Origin: a virus
Reading direction: 5' to 3' (one strand)
Length of the DNA: 48,298 nt
Virus record (IMG/VR): IMGVR_UViG_3300037762_000149
Position numbers and translations under genes: made by a program. How positions within the stretch are numbered: position 1 is the stretch's first letter; each line of letters starts with the position of its first letter. The notes below the pieces were generated by a model. It ran no database searches and was not told the origin of the DNA. It was given only the letters and a program-made list of their open reading frames with translations. This document shows, piece by piece, positions 43,204 through 48,298 of the stretch.

Positions 43204-43614
43204 TCAGCCCGGATGCGGAGCTGGAGGGTAGATCCCCTTCATCAAGCGCACCAGATCACGATGCACCCTCAAGGCGGACTCGAGGCCCGCTGGAGTGGTG
43301 CTCGGGATCGGTGTCGTGATCGTGTGCGTCATCCCGTCCTCGTCCTTGTAGGCCGTCGTCAGGGTGGGGATGGGACCACCGGTTGTTGGCCCCTGCGGCA
43401 ATGCATGCGCGATCGCAGCGTTCGCTGCGCTCACCGTCACCGTGCCTTCGACATCGACCAGCATGGTGGCCGCACTGCCGTCGTCGAACAGCAACGAGAT
43501 CACTCCTTCGCTGCTGACGCAGCTCCAGACCACGCCAGGGTCGATGGCAGACGGCGCCGATGAGATCGGCACCGGAAGCAGCAAGAGCATCCAAGACGCG
43601 AACAAGTTCAGCAT
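43204..43614 (-). CDS. Secreted small protein (moron-like unit)
   Basis: 136 aa from ATG 43614, with a strong SD GGAGGA 5 nt upstream. Signal peptide MLNLFASWMLLLLPVPISSAPSA. Confidence 0.7.
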   Translation of the reverse strand: MLNLFASWMLLLLPVPISSAPSAIDPGVVWSCVSSEGVISLLFDDGSAATMLVDVEGTVTVSAANAAIAHALPQGPTTGGPIPTLTTAYKDEDGMTHTITTPIPSTTPAGLESALRVHRDLVRLMKGIYPPAPHPG

Positions 43615-43726
43615 CGGACTCCTCCGAGGGAAACAAGTGGCCCCGTCGATTGGTTGCGGCACACAAGCGCCGTCCACGGCGGTCCATGGAGCTTATCGAT
43701 CAGCGCTCAGCCTGCAAGGAGGACAA

Positions 43727-43764
43727 GAAAAAAGCCCCGCCGAGCGTTCACTCTCGGCGGGGCT
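43727..43764 (-). terminator. Rho-independent terminator for leftward transcription
   Basis: 12-bp GC-rich stem agccccgccgag/ctcggcggggct (43733-43744 / 43753-43764). On the - strand it is followed by TTTTTTC (A-run 43728-43733 on the + strand). Confidence 0.75.
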
Positions 43765-43890
43765 GGAGCCCGGCAAGGGGCGGTCAGGAGGGGCTAGAAC
43801 TTGCCGACTCACCATGGAGGGTGTCGAATGGCTTCGACGCGAGAACAGTAGCTTGCGGTTAGGAAGGATGCAAGGCATGCTGAGTGGTGA

Positions 43891-44304
43891 GTGGTCGAAT
43901 GGCGCAAGATCCCTGGCTTCCCGGGCTACGAGGCCAGTGAGGAAGGGCAGATTCGTGCCTCGAATCCTCGCTACAAGCGCGGCTACAGCCCCACGCTCAG
44001 GCCATGGATCGTCGAGCGCCATGGGCGTCAGGCTGCCTGGGTCACGCTCTGCATCGATGGGGAGCGGAAGAAGGCCCTCGTGAATCGCCTCGTCACCCTC
44101 GCCTTCCATGGCCTCCCTCCGGAGGGGAAGAACGACTCGTGCCACATCGATCACAACTCACTGAACAACCGTGCATCCAACCTGCAGTGGGGTTCACGCA
44201 GCGATAATGTTCGTGCGAACTTCGATCGCGAGCAGGAGATCTCTCGCGTCGCTGAGGGGGAGCTCGAGCCGATCGGCGAAGAGTGGCCGGACATGCCATT
44301 CTGA
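43891..44304 (+). CDS. HNH homing-type endonuclease (NUMOD4 plus HNH_3-like)
   Basis: 137 aa with a GTG start. EWRKIPGFPGYEASEEGQIRA, and the HNH core CHIDHNSLNNRASNLQWGSRSDN. It is the only + strand gene inside the leftward arm. Confidence 0.85.
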   Translation: MVEWRKIPGFPGYEASEEGQIRASNPRYKRGYSPTLRPWIVERHGRQAAWVTLCIDGERKKALVNRLVTLAFHGLPPEGKNDSCHIDHNSLNNRASNLQWGSRSDNVRANFDREQEISRVAEGELEPIGEEWPDMPF

Positions 44305-44412
44305 GCGCATCGCTCGCGTCGCCATGGTAGGATTGCCGCCGCGCGGCGAGCGGCCCCGGAGTGAATGTGGCCAGGGCCTGACGAAAGGCGAGACGAGGCT
44401 CGCCGCGCGCTT

Positions 44413-44715
44413 CTAGCTGCGCGGCAAGCCTTGCTGGCGCGTCTTGGCGTTGAACTCCAGACACCAGCGCAGCGTCTCATGATCGCGGAGGCACCGGCGC
44501 ACCACGCGAAGCGTCGCTGCGACGCTCCGCGGGGTTGGCAGCGGCAACCGTCGCGCCTCGAGCTCTCGCTCCAGGCGCCCTAGCAGCTCATCCAAGCTGC
44601 CAATGATCGACGTCAGCGGCACCGAGTCAGCGTGGGGCTTGAGCGTCTGAGCTTCGATCCGATCGTCAAGCCGTTCGATCGCGCGCAGGGCGCGGAGGCC
44701 GAAGGGGAGCCTCAC
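44413..44715 (-). CDS. Hypothetical protein
   Basis: 100 aa. GTGA overlap with the DUF932 stop. Confidence 0.55.
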   Translation of the reverse strand: MRLPFGLRALRAIERLDDRIEAQTLKPHADSVPLTSIIGSLDELLGRLERELEARRLPLPTPRSVAATLRVVRRCLRDHETLRWCLEFNAKTRQQGLPRS

Positions 44716-45785
44716 CGGATCCCCGCGAGCGCCATCGCCTCACTCTCCGCACGTTCCCGCACCTGCGCGCCGTTGCCGAACCACGTGCTGGCGAGCCGCG
44801 TGCTCGCGTTGTGGCCGTTCACGTGGTCGCTGTAGTGCGTCGCCGCCATGTAGAGGCCGAACGGAGTGATGCCAGCGCTGTCGGCGCCTGGGCCGTCATG
44901 AAGCAGCTTCCACACGTGCGGCTCGGCGCGGATCTCTGGCAGGTCGTCGACCGTGCCATCACGCTTCGCCTTCTCGACGGCAGCCGCCGGAGAGAACACG
45001 AGCCGCGTGTAGCGTTGCACCACTGCGGCGAGCTTCTGCGAGCCGCGCGGAGCAAGCTCGGTGCGTGCCATCTCCTGCCAAAGCAAAGCTTTGGCAGTGA
45101 AGTCACGAGACGCGAGGTTGATGGTCTCTCGGACACCAGCGAGCGTGTTCGCAGCAGCGCGGGTGTGGCGGACCTTCCGAGTCGATGCTGCAGCAGCATC
45201 GGCTCGGCGGTTCGCTGCTGACAGCGTGTTCCAGCACACCACGCGAATCGGCGTGAACGCGACGGTGACGGCGCGCGAACCATCGTGGCTGTTGGAGAGA
45301 AGCAGGTAGGGGTTGGCGACGTCCTGCGGGTCGCGGCCCACCTGGACGGGTGCGGTGTTGATTTTGGCCAGGATCCACACGTGCCGGCCTTCCTTCACGC
45401 TCCCGGCCGCCTCGAGCGTCACGTCGTGGTCGCCGATGAGCGGGTCGAACCACGCGAAGGCGTCCGTGTTCTGCAGCGGCACGTAGCGCGTGCCGACGAT
45501 GCCCAGCACGTCGGACGTGACCGAACCGTCGGGTTGCTGGATATCGCGCACCATGGCGCGCGCGTCGGGAGCATGCAGCAGGTCATCGACGTGAGCTGCG
45601 TTCGGATTGTTCGCGTCAGCGGGAAGGGTTGGCGCGCAGAACACCGGCGCAAGGTTGACGTGCCAGTCGAGTCCAGCGACGCGGAGCGCCTCGCGTGTGT
45701 TGCGCGGTGCTTCCTTCAGCACCGTGCCGAGCCCGTGCCATGCTTCCTCGCGCACGAAGAAGCCTGATTCAAAGTAGTGAGCCAT
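44712..45785 (-). CDS. DUF932 (phage/plasmid-like protein TIGR03299 type)
   Basis: 357 aa from ATG 45785 with GGAGA 9 nt upstream. MAHYFESGFFVREEAWHGLGTVL...AGLDWHV is the family N-terminus. The track ORF runs on to 46430 only because the frame stays open through the GCC repeat. Confidence 0.8.
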   Translation of the reverse strand: MAHYFESGFFVREEAWHGLGTVLKEAPRNTREALRVAGLDWHVNLAPVFCAPTLPADANNPNAAHVDDLLHAPDARAMVRDIQQPDGSVTSDVLGIVGTRYVPLQNTDAFAWFDPLIGDHDVTLEAAGSVKEGRHVWILAKINTAPVQVGRDPQDVANPYLLLSNSHDGSRAVTVAFTPIRVVCWNTLSAANRRADAAAASTRKVRHTRAAANTLAGVRETINLASRDFTAKALLWQEMARTELAPRGSQKLAAVVQRYTRLVFSPAAAVEKAKRDGTVDDLPEIRAEPHVWKLLHDGPGADSAGITPFGLYMAATHYSDHVNGHNASTRLASTWFGNGAQVRERAESEAMALAGIR

Positions 45786-45864
45786 GAGTGAACGTCTCCA
45801 AGGGTTTCGGCCGTTGCTGCGGCCTTCATCAGGCACGCGAAGTAGCGTGCGACCCGGCGGAGGG

Positions 45865-46398
<534 letters not shown>

Positions 46399-46401
46399 GA
46401 C

Positions 46402-46908
46402 CTAGGCTCCTCCGTCCTTTGGCTGCACAAGTTCGTCGATCATGGCGCGCGCCCGATCACTGGTCTGTGCATAGGCGATATGGAATCCGCCACGACTGAT
46501 CGAAAACCCCTCGAATAGCCTACGGATCAGGTATCCGCGGTAGGCACGCTGCGCTCCTGGGCATCGCTCCCATTCACGTTCGGGCGTGTTGGTGATGCCG
46601 CGTGCACCACGCTCCAGGTCTTCGGCCTCTCGCTGACGCGCGATCACGTCAGCACGTGCGGCTTGGTGGTCGATGCCGTTGCGCAGCGGCTGAGCGACGG
46701 GCGGGATCTTCACCGGCCCGAACGTCGAGCCAGGCGCAAGGTTGCTCGGGTGCGGGACTGAGTTGCCGGCAGCGCGCGCTGCGGCAGCATCGGTGCCACA
46801 GCACGACACGCGGCCCTTGCCGAACCACCGCGCTGTCGACCCGGCGGAGAGAGAGGCGCCACAGTCGAAACACTGGGCGGCGAAGCGGAGAACGATCGAG
46901 CGAGCCAT
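46402..46908 (-). CDS. Zn-ribbon protein, first gene of the leftward arm
   Basis: 168 aa from the internal ATG 46908 of track ORF 46402..46986. CFDC...SCC motif. Confidence 0.6.
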   Translation of the reverse strand: MARSIVLRFAAQCFDCGASLSAGSTARWFGKGRVSCCGTDAAAARAAGNSVPHPSNLAPGSTFGPVKIPPVAQPLRNGIDHQAARADVIARQREAEDLERGARGITNTPEREWERCPGAQRAYRGYLIRRLFEGFSISRGGFHIAYAQTSDRARAMIDELVQPKDGGA

Positions 46909-46917
46909 GGTGAGTGT

Positions 46918-46975
46918 CCTGAGCCTGAAGCTCAGGCCGGCGGGATTGCCGGGTGAACGGAGCTTCAGGCTCAGG
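46918..46975. promoter_or_regulatory. Perfect 16-bp inverted repeat (operator or leader hairpin) at the leftward promoter
   Basis: cctgagcctgaagctc (46918-46933) and gagcttcaggctcagg (46960-46975), with an inner hairpin ccggc/gccgg (46937-46952). It abuts the -10 element and ends 9 nt before ATG 46908. Confidence 0.8.
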
Positions 46976-46976
46976 G

Positions 46977-47005
46977 AGATTACCACGAGCTGGGGGAGAT
47001 GTCAA
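46977..47005 (-). promoter_or_regulatory. Sigma-70-type promoter for the leftward arm
   Basis: On the - strand: TTGACA (47005-47000), a 17-nt spacer, then TGgTAATCT (extended -10; hexamer at 46982-46977). Confidence 0.55.
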
Positions 47006-47130
47006 GTTGGATGATCGGAGGGCGGAGAGAACGCTTCGGTGGTGTGGAAGCAAGATCGAAATGAGACGGGGATAGATTGGTGAAGGGAAGCCTGGAGGCA
47101 AGTTCTGATAATCGTATGCAGTATAGTGCA

Positions 47131-47147
47131 TCGCGCATAATGCGCGA
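47131..47147. repeat. 17-bp palindrome in the non-coding control region
   Basis: tcgcgcat-a-atgcgcga, with 8-bp perfect arms. Confidence 0.7.
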
Positions 47148-47207
47148 CCAACTGTCAGGATCGCATGTTGCATGCGCTCCCCTCATCCTGCCCTCCTCTC
47201 GCCCCCT

Positions 47208-47243
47208 CATCACGCGCGCCCAGCGTCCTGGCATCACGCGCGC
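47208..47243. repeat. 12-bp direct repeat catcacgcgcgc x2 (a third partial copy near 47264)
   Basis: catcacgcgcgc at 47208-47219 and 47232-47243, with ttacgcgcgc at 47265-47274. Preceded by a pyrimidine tract at 47178-47206. Confidence 0.7.
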
Positions 47244-47376
47244 AAGCTCGCAGGGGCGCAGGTGTTACGCGCGCAGGTTGCGAGACCCGATCGGGGTGGG
47301 GCCCACCTCACCTCGGTGTCGAATGAGGCCCGCGCTCCCTGCCTACGTATTTCCCAACGGAGAAGTATCATCATCG

Positions 47377-47406
47377 TCCCACAACCCTAGATTTTTTCCC
47401 ACAACC
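47377..47406. repeat. 10-bp direct repeat tcccacaacc x2, 20-bp period
   Basis: 47377-47386 and 47397-47406, flanking a T6 run. Confidence 0.7.
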
Positions 47407-47561
47407 AACCCAAAACCGCCTTACCACCATGTTTTCAAGAGTCACCTCTACTTAGAGTAGACACACACACGAAGTGTGCACGGGTGGCGCGCACGCGGGC
47501 GCACACGCCTACGTGTGGGAGCGGAGAGTACAGAACGGACCTAAAAACCTTCTCTCTAGTA

Positions 47562-47589
47562 TTGCGGTGTTCCTGGCGTGAGGTATCAT
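47562..47589 (+). promoter_or_regulatory. Sigma-70-type promoter candidate for the rightward arm
   Basis: TTGCGG (47562-47567), a 16-nt spacer, then TATCAT (47584-47589). The 10-mer gtatcatcat also occurs at 47365-47374. Confidence 0.45.
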
Positions 47590-47595
47590 CATGCC

Positions 47596-47826
47596 ATGAA
47601 ACAAGGCTACAGCATGGTGAGGGTCGAGATCGACGCCAGGACGCTCGAGCGGCTGAAGGCCGTGAACGACCAGCTCGACACGATCCTGGATCGCGGCCGG
47701 CTGCTGACGAGCAACGTCATCAGCTTGCTGCTCGACCACTGGCAGAGTGGGTCACCGCCGAGCCGCGAGTGGATCAAGAACCAGGGTGGCCTCTACCCAG
47801 GGTTCAGCCGGAGGAGTGGGCGATGA
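47596..47826 (+). CDS. Ribbon-helix-helix-like regulator, paralogue 1
   Basis: MVRVEIDARTLERLKAV is a beta-strand/helix start typical of RHH proteins. Shares ...LLDHWQSGSPPSREWIK with the next gene. Start is ATG 47596 or 47614, because the track start at 47578 lies upstream of the putative -10. Confidence 0.6.
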   Translation: MKQGYSMVRVEIDARTLERLKAVNDQLDTILDRGRLLTSNVISLLLDHWQSGSPPSREWIKNQGGLYPGFSRRSGR

Positions 47827-48065
47827 CTGCGATCTCCTACCGACAGTTGATGATCGATGCTCATGTGCACGACGAGCTCACGGACGCTCGCACAGCGCTG
47901 AGCCAACTACTGTTCAGCAAGCCGAGCGTGATCGGGCTCAGCGCGATGATCGCCGTGTTGATGGACCACTGGAGGGAAAGCCCGCCGAACCCAGAATGGG
48001 TTCGGAAGCGCCGCGATCACGTGCCCAAGCGCGGGCGGCCGAGGAAGTCGGAGCCGCTTGCTTGA
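47823..48065 (+). CDS. Ribbon-helix-helix-like regulator, paralogue 2, with C-terminal AT-hook-like KRGRPRK
   Basis: 80 aa from ATG 47823 (ATGA overlap). ISYRQLMIDAHVHDEL...AVLMDHWRESPPNPEWVRK parallels paralogue 1. Confidence 0.6.
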   Translation: MTAISYRQLMIDAHVHDELTDARTALSQLLFSKPSVIGLSAMIAVLMDHWRESPPNPEWVRKRRDHVPKRGRPRKSEPLA

Positions 48066-48095
48066 TCTTCGCTCAGCGGCTAGTAGACTTCGGCG

Positions 48096-48298
48096 ATGGC
48101 AAAGACCCCTCTCCCTCCTCCGTCGGCTCCCGACGTGCCCGCAGGTGTTGCCACACCTGCGGACCCGGTCCCCGAGCGCAAGATCCCGCAACGCGGCATC
48201 CGCAAGCGCGTGCTCGGTGATGGTGAAGGCGACTACTGCATCTACGAGATCGCCGGGCCAGACCTGAATCTGCCCAAGGGCACGTTGGTCCCGATTCC
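48096..48298 (+). CDS. 5' part of the junction-spanning ORF (continues at base 128 and ends at 329)
   Basis: ATG 48096 follows two in-frame TAG stops. MAKTPLPPPSAPDVPAGVATPADPVPERKIPQRGIRKRVLGDGEGDY... runs off the window end in the same frame as track ORF 39..329. Confidence 0.55.
   Translation, partial: MAKTPLPPPSAPDVPAGVATPADPVPERKIPQRGIRKRVLGDGEGDYCIYEIAGPDLNLPKGTLVPI
48172..48298. repeat. Exact terminal duplication (copy 2) of bases 1-127
   Basis: Same 127-bp string as the window start. Confidence 0.97.

Noticed and set aside
47077-47460. 127-aa + strand ORF (and 46980..47237 -, 47172..47390 +) in the control region
   Set aside because: They have poor codon bias and low-complexity Pro/Ser/Arg sequence, and the region is full of repeats and palindromes. 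It is treated as non-coding.

Overview
This window is a complete, circularly closed genome of a high-GC tailed bacteriophage with podovirus-like (T7-order) morphogenesis genes. Bases 1-127 are repeated exactly at 48172-48298, so the unique circle is 48171 bp. One ORF (ATG 48096 to stop 329) crosses the junction. Two divergent transcription arms leave a ~0.65 kb non-coding control region (46909-47595). The rightward arm (+ strand, 47596 through the junction to 33410) carries two paralogous RHH-like regulators and small early genes. It then carries an eight-gene glycosyltransferase/methyltransferase island wrapped around the large terminase, followed by portal, scaffold and an SU10/DUF5309-like major capsid protein. 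Adaptor, nozzle and fibre genes follow, then three internal (ejection) proteins including a 1900-aa HExxH polyvalent protein, and a terminal lipoprotein. The leftward arm (- strand, 46908 to 33584) carries a Zn-ribbon protein, an Ala-repeat protein, DUF932, a secreted-protein moron, an SNF2 helicase and DUF3820. It ends with recombination-module-like genes, a DnaG-type primase fused to an MCM-type helicase, and a RecU-like resolvase. One + strand HNH endonuclease interrupts the leftward arm. I found no rRNA, tRNA, CRISPR array, integrase, DNA polymerase, RNA polymerase or recognisable endolysin/holin. Most neighbouring genes are coupled by 1-4 nt NTGA/TGATG overlaps, and I used this to choose start codons. 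Many long ORFs in the track are antisense or out-of-frame shadows typical of high-GC DNA and are not reported. All functional calls rest on motifs read by eye, not on database searches, and motif searches were not exhaustive.
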